The notes below the pieces were generated by a model that saw only the letters and a list, made by a program, of their open reading frames with translations, was not told the origin of the DNA and did no database searches. Source: a virus (taxonomy: Duplodnaviria; Caudoviricetes). From it: a DNA stretch of 64,000 bases. The position numbers and the translations under genes are program-made. Location of the stretch: positions 32,001-96,000 of IMG/VR virus record IMGVR_UViG_3300029305_003259. One strand, given 5' to 3'. This document shows, in pieces, positions 51,657-61,219 of this stretch (positions within the stretch are counted from its first letter, which is position 1; the number at the start of each line of letters is the position of its first letter).

Positions 51657-51908
51657 ATGGCAATCAATCGAACTCATTTGATATTAATGACAATTTTATC
51701 CAAACATAACGCAACATCGGCAGGTACGGCAATTAGCACAGAGGAGATAAAGCAATTCTGCGCTATTGGCAAAAGCAATACAACATTGCATAGAGCCTTC
51801 TGTTTCTTGCGTTCAAATAACTATATAGAACAAGGTGTTAAGGATGGAAAATTCTTTACATACTACATTACAAATCAAGGAATACAATTATTAAAGGAGA
51901 TGTTATAA
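51657..51908 (+). CDS. Winged-helix DNA-binding protein, TubR-like
   Basis: ATG 51657 after AAGGGG; ...TTLHRA...L...NYI..G......YYIT..G wHTH pattern; abuts the tubulin gene. Confidence 0.7.
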   Translation: MAINRTHLILMTILSKHNATSAGTAISTEEIKQFCAIGKSNTTLHRAFCFLRSNNYIEQGVKDGKFFTYYITNQGIQLLKEML

Positions 51909-52928
51909 ATGAGAGAACAATTTGGAATTTTAGCTTTGGGACAATGCGGAGGTAATATAGGAAAGGAATTTGATGACCTTGGATATACTACTGTTTACGT
52001 TAATACAAGCAAAGAAGATTTAGCAACTATTAAAGGGACTCATAAGATCCATATACCGGGAGCAGATGGTGTTGCGAAGGACAGGAAGAAGGTATTGCAA
52101 CTTGCATCAGAACATATAGGAGATATAGTAGAAAAGATTACTACTCTCCTTCCACAAAAATATATTATTTGCACATTTAGTGCTAGCGGTGGAACTGGTT
52201 CAGGATTGAGTGTGCCTTTAATGGCTTATTTAGCCCAAATAGGACGTGTTTGTATTCCAGTTATAGTTTTACCGAATGATGCAATAGAGAGCGCTAAGGC
52301 ATGCGAGAATGCGTATAATGCATGTGTAGAGATTATGGGCATTAAAAATTTAGGAGCAACATTCCTACTTGATAATTCTAAGTATGATAAATTTGCAATC
52401 AATAGTAGATTTGCCAGAGAGCTAGATGGGTTCATTAGTTTGAAAAATTCAAGTATGTATGGAAATATAGATAAGGCTGAGCGTAAGCAAGTTTTATCTT
52501 GCCCAGGCATATCTATCATCGGAAGGTCAAGCAAGGCTAAGAGCACTGCTCCTGAGATTGTAGAAAGCATGCATAATGGAATATATGCCGAAATTGCTTC
52601 AAAAACTGCATATTACTTAGCAATTTCTACCTCAAATAAATCTCTAGATATAAATACTATATCTAAAACATTCAATGGAATTTATGATATATTTTCAGGA
52701 ATTTCTGAGTCTACAACGATTGCTGTTGTTACTGGTCTTCAGTGGCCGCAACAAAGAATTTTAAAATTTAAGAATAAATTAGAGGAAACTGTCAAGACTA
52801 TGAATGATACTAACTTTGTTCAAGATTTTGCACCGCTAGAGCCGTTGAAAGGATTGTCATTCACACCGACTACTGTTCAACCTCAAGTATCTAGTGCTAG
52901 AGACATTTTACTAAGCTTAATGAAATAA
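51909..52928 (+). CDS. tubZ: Tubulin/FtsZ-family GTPase (TubZ-like)
   Basis: GQCGGNI, vNTS..DL, G.AKD, SGGTGSG signature, NIDKAE T7-like loop; short amphipathic C-terminal tail. Confidence 0.85.
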   Translation: MREQFGILALGQCGGNIGKEFDDLGYTTVYVNTSKEDLATIKGTHKIHIPGADGVAKDRKKVLQLASEHIGDIVEKITTLLPQKYIICTFSASGGTGSGLSVPLMAYLAQIGRVCIPVIVLPNDAIESAKACENAYNACVEIMGIKNLGATFLLDNSKYDKFAINSRFARELDGFISLKNSSMYGNIDKAERKQVLSCPGISIIGRSSKAKSTAPEIVESMHNGIYAEIASKTAYYLAISTSNKSLDINTISKTFNGIYDIFSGISESTTIAVVTGLQWPQQRILKFKNKLEETVKTMNDTNFVQDFAPLEPLKGLSFTPTTVQPQVSSARDILLSLMK

Positions 52929-52930
52929 TG

Positions 52931-52959
52931 AGGTCACCGAAAGGTGACCTTATTTTTTT
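52931..52959 (+). terminator. Terminator of the tubulin operon
   Basis: AGGTCACC-GAAA-GGTGACCT followed by TATTTTTTT. Confidence 0.85.
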
Positions 52960-52971
52960 ACGCTTATAGTC

Positions 52972-53000
52972 AAAAGAAAAGCCCTATGCATACGCATAGG
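52972..53000 (-). terminator. Terminator of the recombinase transcript
   Basis: CCTATGC-ATAC-GCATAGG preceded on + by AAAAGAAAA (U-tract on -). Confidence 0.7.
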
Positions 53001-53008
53001 ACATTGTA

Positions 53009-54991
53009 TTAATATAGTTTTCTAGATGTATTGTTAATATCATTTTCAATCCATTTATTAATATTCATTATATCTGCAAAAGTTATAGTTTCAATAATAT
53101 CATTGTTATAACTCCACCATGTGGTGCTATTGGCAATAGTGTTATTTAGGAAAGCATTAATAGCTTCTTTTTTAGAGCCTACTAAAACTCGATAGCCTTT
53201 ACGTAATCCTATATGCTCTATAATTTTCAATTCTTCAAATTTATGAATTTGGTCATAGAATTTTCTCGTACCTATTGCAAATCCTTTTTCAACAGATATA
53301 TATTCAAACGCTCTGCTTCCTATAAATTTATCTTTATGTTCAAACATATAATCTATAAGAGCTTCGAATATCCTATTTTCTGTTCCTTTTTTATGAATTA
53401 TTTGTCTAGAGCATGATTTATAAAGATCTCCTTTTAAGACAATATCAAGGCCCTGATCTTCATGTACAACGATATGTTTTATAATTGTTGCTACTTGTTT
53501 TTTTGTTAATGTTTTAGTAGCAATAATATGGTCAAATATGTTTCTTGCAGTTAGTAAATTGTCTTTAATATTTATTTCATCAATTGTATTGTCTACTAAA
53601 TCATTTAATTGTATTTCCAATGATTTAATTTCATTTAGTTTTTCTCTTTGCATAACATCATATGTATCATGAATTAATTCTGCCATTGATGGATTTGCTA
53701 TAGATTCTATCATTTTCTTTTCCATTATATATTTCAATGCAGCCTTGGCATCACTCAATGATTTCTCTACACGAGTTATAGAACTTGTGTTGTTACCTCT
53801 TTTTTTATATTCTTCTCTTATGATGCTATCAAAATTGTCAATTGTTTTATCTAAATTTTCTCTGCAATGATCTAAAAATAAAATTAATGATTCTGTTATA
53901 TTCTCTTCTAATATTGAATGACTTTTACAGAATTTTATACCTCTCTTATTATAGGTATTACAAATAAATCTTGTTTTCCCACTACTGGTTGTTGGAGTTA
54001 ATTTTTTGCTACAGTCTGCACATACTAGCATACCTGAATATGGGCTATTTCTATCGACTTTCTTTCCACGATAAGAATTAATAGATCTATCTGTCATTAT
54101 TTCTTGAACAATATTAAATGTAGTTTTATCAATTATTGGCTCATGCGCATTTTTGAAGATCAAATGTTCTTCTTTATCTAATTTAATCTTTTTCCCTCTG
54201 ATAGATCTACGTCTTGTTTTACCCAAAGTAAGAGTACCTATATAAAATGTATTTTTTAATATATTTTGTATTGTATTATCATGCCATATATTACTTGCTT
54301 TGCCACGATATGGTCTGCCCATACTTTCTAATCTTTGTTTTGTTAGTATACTATGAGTAGGAACCCCTTCTTCTGTTAATGTCAATGCAATTCTTCTAGT
54401 TCCCATTCCATTTATATACATATCAAAAATTCTTCTAACATATATTGCAGCGACTTCATCAATATAATATTGCCCTTTTACTATAGGATCAATTACATAT
54501 CCATACGGAACGCATGAAATAAATTTTCCCTCTTTTTGCATAGCACGAATAGAGTCTTTAACTTTTCTGCTTATTTCTTTTAGATAACGTTCTCCTAGCC
54601 ATGAGTTTATATTCAGCATATCGCTAGAATTCTCATCATCGCTATCATAATTGTCTCCAATTGCAATTAATCTTTTATCATCTTTTTGAAGATTTTCTAC
54701 AAATGTTAACATATGACCGCTATTTCTTCCAAGTCTACTTAAGTCTTTTACAATAATAGTATCAATTTTATTTGCGTTTAGATCTTCTTTTAATTCATTA
54801 AACGCAGGTCTCTTACTAAATGAGAAACCAGATTCACCATCATCTATATAGAATTTTTCAATTTTGATATTATTTTTTTCTGCATACTCAAGTATTATTC
54901 TTCTTTGGTTTGATATAGATGTACTCTCATCATTTCCATCCTCTCGTGATAATCTTAAATATGCTACTACTACTTTTGCTTTTTTGCTCAT
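53009..54991 (-). CDS. Large serine recombinase (integrase-type)
   Basis: YLRLS (catalytic Ser), D.GESG, RP.F, KDLSRLGR, PYGY, HEPII, Zn ribbon CADC...C...C, coiled coil, extra C-terminal domain. Confidence 0.93.
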   Translation of the reverse strand: MSKKAKVVVAYLRLSREDGNDESTSISNQRRIILEYAEKNNIKIEKFYIDDGESGFSFSKRPAFNELKEDLNANKIDTIIVKDLSRLGRNSGHMLTFVENLQKDDKRLIAIGDNYDSDDENSSDMLNINSWLGERYLKEISRKVKDSIRAMQKEGKFISCVPYGYVIDPIVKGQYYIDEVAAIYVRRIFDMYINGMGTRRIALTLTEEGVPTHSILTKQRLESMGRPYRGKASNIWHDNTIQNILKNTFYIGTLTLGKTRRRSIRGKKIKLDKEEHLIFKNAHEPIIDKTTFNIVQEIMTDRSINSYRGKKVDRNSPYSGMLVCADCSKKLTPTTSSGKTRFICNTYNKRGIKFCKSHSILEENITESLILFLDHCRENLDKTIDNFDSIIREEYKKRGNNTSSITRVEKSLSDAKAALKYIMEKKMIESIANPSMAELIHDTYDVMQREKLNEIKSLEIQLNDLVDNTIDEINIKDNLLTARNIFDHIIATKTLTKKQVATIIKHIVVHEDQGLDIVLKGDLYKSCSRQIIHKKGTENRIFEALIDYMFEHKDKFIGSRAFEYISVEKGFAIGTRKFYDQIHKFEELKIIEHIGLRKGYRVLVGSKKEAINAFLNNTIANSTTWWSYNNDIIETITFADIMNINKWIENDINNTSRKLY

Positions 54992-55057
54992 TTCTATTGC
55001 TCCTTTATCATTGTTACTTTATTTTATTATCATTGTAACATAAAAAAAGGAAAAGCA

Positions 55058-55231
55058 CTATGGGTTTGTTGCAGATTTTATGAAATCATATAAAGTTTCT
55101 TTGAAATCGCAATTCCCACTTATTAATATATTTAATTTATCATTATTATTTTTATATTGTTCTCTAATTTGTTTAATGTCCTCAGTTGTTGCCGTAGCTG
55201 GGACAGAAATCATTATTATTCCGTCTTTCAT
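55058..55231 (-). CDS. 57-aa hypothetical protein upstream of the recombinase (not in ORF track)
   Basis: Hand translation MKDGIIMISVPATATTEDIKQIREQYKNNNDKLNILISGNCDFKETLYDFIKSATNP; SD AAAGGA; co-oriented with neighbours. Confidence 0.65.
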   Translation of the reverse strand: MKDGIIMISVPATATTEDIKQIREQYKNNNDKLNILISGNCDFKETLYDFIKSATNP

Positions 55232-55302
55232 TATTGTGCATCCTTTTGTGTATATAATTTATATATATTGGGTATCATATAAATGACATCGGGGAGTGGC
55301 AT

Positions 55303-55345
55303 AAAAATAGGGACTGTAGCTTCACACCACAGTCCCTTTATTTTT
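55303..55345 (-). terminator. Bidirectional intrinsic terminator after dut
   Basis: AGGGACTGT...ACAGTCCCT flanked by an A-run and a T-run. Confidence 0.7.
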
Positions 55346-55805
55346 AATTAGTGCCAGTGCTACCAAAACCACCTGAACCACGATCTGTGGAATCAAGTTC
55401 ATCTACTTCAATTAGATTTGCTTGCTCATAAGGAACGAACATTAGCTGTGCAATGCGGTCACCGTGTTTAACAGTCTGAGTATAATTGCCATGATTATGA
55501 AGAGAAACAATATATTCTCCAGTATAATCTTCATCACAAAGCCCGATTTTGTTAGAAGGAGCTAAACCATGTTTATTAGCCATACCACTTCTAGCAAGAA
55601 TTAACCCACAATAATTTTCAGCAGGTTGAAATGAGAAACCAGTTCCAATCATAACGGTTGTATGAGGAGGAATATCTACTTGATCCGGACAATTATCATC
55701 TATATAACCTAGATTAGCATACAGATCCATTCCTGCTGCCTTAGCAGATCCATATGTAGGTACAATTGCAGTATCTGATAGCCTCTTAATCTTTACATTT
55801 AGCAT
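55344..55805 (-). CDS. dut: Trimeric dUTPase
   Basis: AAGMDL, RSG, G..DEDYTGE, GDRIAQ, RGSGGFGSTG motifs. Confidence 0.95.
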   Translation of the reverse strand: MLNVKIKRLSDTAIVPTYGSAKAAGMDLYANLGYIDDNCPDQVDIPPHTTVMIGTGFSFQPAENYCGLILARSGMANKHGLAPSNKIGLCDEDYTGEYIVSLHNHGNYTQTVKHGDRIAQLMFVPYEQANLIEVDELDSTDRGSGGFGSTGTN

Positions 55806-56559
55806 TTAAAAATTCCTCCTTTGGAATCGTAATACCATAGATACGATCATTTAGTTGCTTATAAACTTCAATCTTTTCTTTTAATTCTTTCTTTGTGGGA
55901 TATGCTCCACAGCCCTTCTTGCCTTCTGGGCACCAAAGTAAAGCTTGACAATTAGGGACAAGCTTATCTTTTAGTTCTGGTAGAATTTCCAGAGAAACGT
56001 TTCGAATCTTTTGAGCAAGCTCTCTATGGATATCTTCTGTTCTTACACATAGACGCATATTACAAAAATGAATTAATGCCTCAATGTCCATGGCAATTAC
56101 AAAACTAGAATGAGTTGAAATAGGCAGAACATATCTTGCTTGTTCATTAGCCCTTTCATCGGACTTTGTCTTATCTGACACATATGATTGAATATCTCCA
56201 TAAAGAATAATGGCTTCATTCATATGTGCGATATATCTATTTAATAGTTCTTTATTATCTTTAATTTCAACGGGAATTTCATAAGCAAACATATGCTTGC
56301 TTACATATCGAAAGCTCTGAACATTTTTCATCACACCATCTTCATGACGAATGGCTTGGTCAATAGTAAATCTGGGACAGTCATCTACTTGGAATAAAAT
56401 ATACTGAGAACGACTACCGGAGAAATGGCCAGAGTTCATACAATGCTTGCCAACAGCGGCAGGGTTGCTGGTTTGAGTATCATAGCAAACTTTAGATGCC
56501 ATACCCCACCAATAGAATAATTCTTTTGCTATATCTGGATTGAGAATTGTTACCCTCAT
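55786..56559 (-). CDS. thyX: Flavin-dependent thymidylate synthase
   Basis: GH.S, Q..RH........SFRY, E.ARYVLP, HF...R.C motifs. Confidence 0.85.
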   Translation of the reverse strand: MRVTILNPDIAKELFYWWGMASKVCYDTQTSNPAAVGKHCMNSGHFSGSRSQYILFQVDDCPRFTIDQAIRHEDGVMKNVQSFRYVSKHMFAYEIPVEIKDNKELLNRYIAHMNEAIILYGDIQSYVSDKTKSDERANEQARYVLPISTHSSFVIAMDIEALIHFCNMRLCVRTEDIHRELAQKIRNVSLEILPELKDKLVPNCQALLWCPEGKKGCGAYPTKKELKEKIEVYKQLNDRIYGITIPKEEFLNAKCKD

Positions 56560-56572
56560 AGCAACCTCCTTA

Positions 56573-56854
56573 TTAGAACCACCAAGTCTTATTGCTGAAT
56601 AGTAGCTTTAGGTATGGATATTCCTTATGAATCTCTAGGCGCTCATATTCCTTGAAATGCTTCTTTAGAGCATCTTCTGCGACTTCTACAGCATCAATAG
56701 CAGCCTTCTCGCTCTTTTCACGAGCTTCAGCTTCCTTCTTTAGTTTCTTGAGTTCCTCTCTCTTCTTTTCGTCTGCTAAACATTGGGATTCGCACTTAAC
56801 ACGTTCCTCAATGGATTCATAATCCTTTCCGCAGATTGCACAAGTATAAATCAT
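56573..56854 (-). CDS. Hypothetical protein with N-terminal CxxC
   Basis: SD AAGGAGGT; YTCAICGK...C...C followed by a charged helix. Confidence 0.7.
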   Translation of the reverse strand: MIYTCAICGKDYESIEERVKCESQCLADEKKREELKKLKKEAEAREKSEKAAIDAVEVAEDALKKHFKEYERLEIHKEYPYLKLLFSNKTWWF

Positions 56855-56857
56855 AAA

Positions 56858-57406
56858 TTATACCTCCTTTAATTTTGTATTGTAACTGACAGCGCATCCG
56901 TGTTGTAAAGATTTTTTTACGTCAATAATCCTTTGATTACTAGATCCTCTCCATTCAAGGGTTAGATCCTTTAGTTCTTCCATGAATGGGCCATCAATAA
57001 AAATATCAACATTTTTAATTAATTCTTGTCTGTATTCACGAATAATATTGAAATCATCTGTAATAACAATTGGGAAAATCTGCTCCCAAGTAAATCCAGA
57101 CCATAACCATACTGTTTTGCCCAAATCATGAACTCTATGACAAATGTCGATAAGCTGCAACAGTCCGTTCATGTTTTGACAAAGCGGATCTCCGCCTAAA
57201 ATAGACAACCCGTTAATCTTTGTATCTGAAACATATTCAATAAGCTTTGTTAAAGCTAATGTATTAAAATCTTCGCCGTAATTGAAATCTTGAGCTTCTT
57301 TATTAAAACATCCAGAACAATGAAAATTACATCCGCTAACGAAAAGGGTGGTTCTCCACCCTTCTCCATTCGCACAATCATATTGAATTAGATTTGAGTA
57401 ATTCAT
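56858..57406 (-). CDS. nrdG: Anaerobic ribonucleotide reductase activating enzyme
   Basis: GCNFHCSGCFN, LGGDP, DG.F...L.....WRGS.NQR; adjacent to nrdD. Confidence 0.95.
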   Translation of the reverse strand: MNYSNLIQYDCANGEGWRTTLFVSGCNFHCSGCFNKEAQDFNYGEDFNTLALTKLIEYVSDTKINGLSILGGDPLCQNMNGLLQLIDICHRVHDLGKTVWLWSGFTWEQIFPIVITDDFNIIREYRQELIKNVDIFIDGPFMEELKDLTLEWRGSSNQRIIDVKKSLQHGCAVSYNTKLKEV

Positions 57407-59589
57407 CTATGTTTCACTCTCATTTCAACTTCTTGTTGCTTGCCAAGATTAAATGCCGTTGTATAGTTACCGGTTAGATAACCAGTTACACGACGTAGGC
57501 GCTGAATATCTTCACAACTACACTGTGGACATTCATTTCCAATTTCATCTGTATATCCGCAATTCATACACGTATCATTTGGAACATTTAAAGCAAAGTA
57601 AGGAATATCCTTATCCATTGCATAATTTACAATTGTCTCAAGTGCTTCGATATTATTCTTACAAGTACTGTCTAGTTCTACATAAGTAATACAACCAGCG
57701 CTTGAGTATCCGGTTAATTGCGATTCAATATCGATCTTTTGGAATGGATTCATATTCTTCCATACAGGAACGTGCATGGAATTAGTGAAGAATTCCTTGT
57801 CAGATACATTTGGAATTTCGCCATACTTGGCCTTAAATTTCTTCATTGCCGTATAGCAAAGATTTTCTGCAGGAGTATAATAGACACCGAAATTTAGCTT
57901 ATATTCCTGCTTAAATTGAGCACATCTGTCCTTGAATAACTGCTCAATATGCTTAGCTAGTTCCATACCTCTTTCTTCTGTATGGTCGCATCCAATAAGA
58001 ATTTGAAGCGTCTCTGCTAAGCCAAGTTGCCCAATTACCACAGTGCCATGCTTTAGAGCTGAGCGGATACCCTCTTCTGGAATGTATCCTGCCATTAGGC
58101 CATTCTCATACATGAACTTTGCTGATGCTGGATCTTGAGAACAAATCCATTCGAAACGCTCAATGAGCATATCTTTTGCTTCATGAATTTTATCATCTAA
58201 TATTTCAAAGAAGATATCTTCACTAATTGAATCTGTTTTTTCAGCAATTTCTTTAGCTTCCATGGCTAAAGTTGGCATAATAATTGTTACGGGACAGATG
58301 TTTCCTCTGCCATCCTTAAGTTGGCCAAGACCATTAATGTCCATACCATTTGCTGTACGACATCCCATTGTGCTAAAATATGTCCTCGGGTCATTGATAT
58401 CGTATCCTGCATTACCAGACCAATCTACATTGGCATAATTAGGATACAGTCTCTGGCTTGTAGACTTTAGGGCTAACTGGAATAAATCATAGTTTGGATC
58501 TCCAGGTTTACGGTTTACACCATTCATACACTGGAATATACCACAAGGGAAAATGCTTGTCTTATGCAGTCTACCAATACCCTTAATAGAAACATCAAGT
58601 AGAGCCTTTGTTACCATGCGACCTTCTGGAAGAGTGCATGTGCCGTAATTAACAGAAGTGAACGGAAGTTGATTCCCAGATCGTGATTGGAGTGTATTTA
58701 AATTATGATACATTCCTTCAACGGCCTGATAACATTCACGAGTTGTCATATCTAAAGCATAATTGTACGCTCTCTCAGAATATGCCTGATAATCGCTTTC
58801 ATCAATTGGCAGAGCATCATGAAAACTATAGTCTAAATCATGCCCTTCTAAATACTTTACGCCATCCTTATAATGTTTGAAAAAGCTCTTTCGTACATAA
58901 GGAACCATTGTCCAATCAATGTGGGTTGCGCTAACGCCACCAAACTGTTGTAAGCTCTGTAATTGGAAAATTACAGCAACAAGTTGAAATGCCGTATTCA
59001 CAGACTGAGCGGGTCTTACATCAGTCTGCCTAGTATTAAAGCCTTTTGCTAGCAAATCATCAAAAGGAATAGAAAGGCAATTATGACTTCCGACAGCATA
59101 AGAGTTTAAATCATGAATATAAATTTCATTATTTTCATGATTTGCTCTTGCCATAGGAGACACTAAATATTCAAGAGCATACTGCTTAGTTACAACATCA
59201 CTAGCCTCACCAATACGACCACCAAAAGAATGTTCATCTACATTTGCATTCTGATTCTTAACATCCTTGGCTTGAAGCTTTTCAGCAACAGCCTCCATCA
59301 GCTCCTTATATTGAGATCTCGCCATATGGTGTAGTTGTCGATACTGAACATAATGTGCCGCTACATCTTTACGTGAGCTTGCCATGAGTTTATTTATAAC
59401 AATATCTTGAATCTCCTCAACGCTCATGTCTTTGTCTAGAGATTCTACATAATTAGCGATCTCTCTAGCCTTATCTTTGGCAAAAGAAGTTTCCTCGCCA
59501 TCGACATCCAAAAATGCTTTTCCTACGGCAAGCTTAATCTTGTTCTTATCAAATTCGACTTGGCTCCCATCACGCTTTTTTACAATCAT
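57403..59589 (-). CDS. nrdD: Class III ribonucleoside-triphosphate reductase with ATP cone
   Basis: VKKRDG ATP cone, IYIHD, MGCR, TPAE, FFTNS, CxxC..CxxC, RRVTGY glycyl-radical motif. Confidence 0.96.
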   Translation of the reverse strand: MIVKKRDGSQVEFDKNKIKLAVGKAFLDVDGEETSFAKDKAREIANYVESLDKDMSVEEIQDIVINKLMASSRKDVAAHYVQYRQLHHMARSQYKELMEAVAEKLQAKDVKNQNANVDEHSFGGRIGEASDVVTKQYALEYLVSPMARANHENNEIYIHDLNSYAVGSHNCLSIPFDDLLAKGFNTRQTDVRPAQSVNTAFQLVAVIFQLQSLQQFGGVSATHIDWTMVPYVRKSFFKHYKDGVKYLEGHDLDYSFHDALPIDESDYQAYSERAYNYALDMTTRECYQAVEGMYHNLNTLQSRSGNQLPFTSVNYGTCTLPEGRMVTKALLDVSIKGIGRLHKTSIFPCGIFQCMNGVNRKPGDPNYDLFQLALKSTSQRLYPNYANVDWSGNAGYDINDPRTYFSTMGCRTANGMDINGLGQLKDGRGNICPVTIIMPTLAMEAKEIAEKTDSISEDIFFEILDDKIHEAKDMLIERFEWICSQDPASAKFMYENGLMAGYIPEEGIRSALKHGTVVIGQLGLAETLQILIGCDHTEERGMELAKHIEQLFKDRCAQFKQEYKLNFGVYYTPAENLCYTAMKKFKAKYGEIPNVSDKEFFTNSMHVPVWKNMNPFQKIDIESQLTGYSSAGCITYVELDSTCKNNIEALETIVNYAMDKDIPYFALNVPNDTCMNCGYTDEIGNECPQCSCEDIQRLRRVTGYLTGNYTTAFNLGKQQEVEMRVKHR

Positions 59590-59593
59590 AAAG

Positions 59594-60148
59594 TTACATC
59601 ACTCCATTTTTATTTAATTTATTAATAACATCCAGTGCTTCGCTCCAGTTTTGTACTCTATGAATGTCATATACTTCATCATGAACATCTCTGTTCCAAG
59701 GATAATCAAAAAGCACACGGTCATAATGATAGCCGCCTAGCAGATTGTCTAGATTATCTTCTACCATGACATCGCATTTAAACAACCACTTATGCTTCAT
59801 TGAAATAACATGCGAATGGTCAATATCGAAATTATACTTAATCCAATTAACCTTTTCTTCAATCATCGAAGGTGCAGAATCGGTTACAATATAAATTTCA
59901 TGCCCAGACTTCTTTAGTCTCTGGATTGCATTCTTTGCGCCATTAATGACATTTACACAATCATAAATGCCAGTTTTTACATATAGTTTCTTCATATTAA
60001 GAGCATCATTTTTATTAAGACATTCAGAAATATCATAATGCGTAAAGTCATTCAAAGAATATGAAGTTCCATATACATCGTTAGAAATTTTAGTAACAGT
60101 TTCCTGCAGATTACACAAAATATTATCCATATCTACGCAAATAATCAT
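59594..60148 (-). CDS. 5'(3')-deoxyribonucleotidase (HAD, NT5C-like)
   Basis: VDMDNIL, IVT, K..W, K....CD.MVED, P.N motifs. Confidence 0.8.
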   Translation of the reverse strand: MIICVDMDNILCNLQETVTKISNDVYGTSYSLNDFTHYDISECLNKNDALNMKKLYVKTGIYDCVNVINGAKNAIQRLKKSGHEIYIVTDSAPSMIEEKVNWIKYNFDIDHSHVISMKHKWLFKCDVMVEDNLDNLLGGYHYDRVLFDYPWNRDVHDEVYDIHRVQNWSEALDVINKLNKNGVM

Positions 60149-60155
60149 ATCGAAC

Positions 60156-60638
60156 CTACTTTCTTAATTTACCATTTTGTTTAGTAACTTTGGTTTGTCT
60201 AAAATCTTTCAATAGTTCTTCGAATGGTTTGTGTGCTTCACATATATGGTCTGTTATTGTTAAATCATTTCTTTGCCTAGGTCTATAAATACGTTTGCTA
60301 TGAGCATCTGAAATTTTAGCAGCGTTGCTTTGTATCTTTTGCATAGAAGATTTAAAGATTTGGCCCTGTTGAGTTTTAAAGAATTCATACATATCTTTTA
60401 ATATTTCATTCTCATCTTTGGCCAATCTTCTTCGCTGTCTAACTTCGCGAATCTGTTTATACATTAGATACCCTTTATACATATCTTTTGGTTCCGATAA
60501 TTCACATTCATGATTTAGATCATTGAGCTCTTCTTCTGCTTGCTTGATAATATCGAGATTATTTTCATATCTATTTATAACTGATTGATAAATAGATATA
60601 ATGGTTGAACTATATTGATTAACAATATTATCTGACAT
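60156..60638 (-). CDS. Coiled-coil hypothetical protein
   Basis: 160 aa; DL.H..E...RQ.RR..KDE...YRPR. Confidence 0.7.
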   Translation of the reverse strand: MSDNIVNQYSSTIISIYQSVINRYENNLDIIKQAEEELNDLNHECELSEPKDMYKGYLMYKQIREVRQRRRLAKDENEILKDMYEFFKTQQGQIFKSSMQKIQSNAAKISDAHSKRIYRPRQRNDLTITDHICEAHKPFEELLKDFRQTKVTKQNGKLRK

Positions 60639-60649
60639 TATATCCCTCT

Positions 60650-61219
60650 TTAATTTTGTGCTGTTTTAACTTCAATAATCTTTTTTAAAACTTCAAAAGC
60701 ATCATCATTATTTAGATTGCTTACTGCCCAATCAAATCCTCCATGCCCTTTCATGCGAACAAATTGCTCCGTTTCCGCAGAAGTTCGAGATGCAAATACT
60801 TCGATGTCGTCACCTCTAGACAGGGCACGATTTAGACGAATATTAAATGGTACGTTGACATAAATAGAACATAGGTCGATATCGGATAACCCTAAATCCT
60901 CTAATGTCTGTAATCCAAGTGCATCAATAATGTATATATCATTATCGTACAATTGTTCGATTGTAGACCAGTAGTGATAACCGTCAATATTGGTATATGC
61001 AGCGATATTGCCAATATCTTTCATGTCATAATATACGCTATCATCTACAAAGATATGAGTTCCAACCTCTCCATTACGAGGAGGACGTGTAGTATAACTA
61101 ATTACTTGCTTTAGTCCAAGCTCTTTACATAATCTTTGAGTTAGAGTATCTTTCCCAGATGCGCTCTCTCCCATAATACAAAAAAGTTTATGCTTCTTCT
61201 CCATCAGAATCCTCCCCAA
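60650..61219 (-). CDS. Guanylate-kinase-like protein
   Basis: P-loop GESASGKDT, SYTTRPPR.GE...H.FV. Confidence 0.85.
   Translation of the reverse strand: MGRILMEKKHKLFCIMGESASGKDTLTQRLCKELGLKQVISYTTRPPRNGEVGTHIFVDDSVYYDMKDIGNIAAYTNIDGYHYWSTIEQLYDNDIYIIDALGLQTLEDLGLSDIDLCSIYVNVPFNIRLNRALSRGDDIEVFASRTSAETEQFVRMKGHGGFDWAVSNLNNDDAFEVLKKIIEVKTAQN

Noticed and set aside
51909-52928. PhuZ spindle of a nucleus-forming jumbo phage, or host ftsZ
   Set aside because: No chimallin-like or cell-division genes in the window; siphovirus-type tail; the adjacent wHTH fits TubRZ better
55080-55286. + strand hydrophobic 68-aa ORF as a toxin or membrane peptide
   Set aside because: It is the antisense shadow of the SD-led - strand ORF 55058-55231 and has no evident SD
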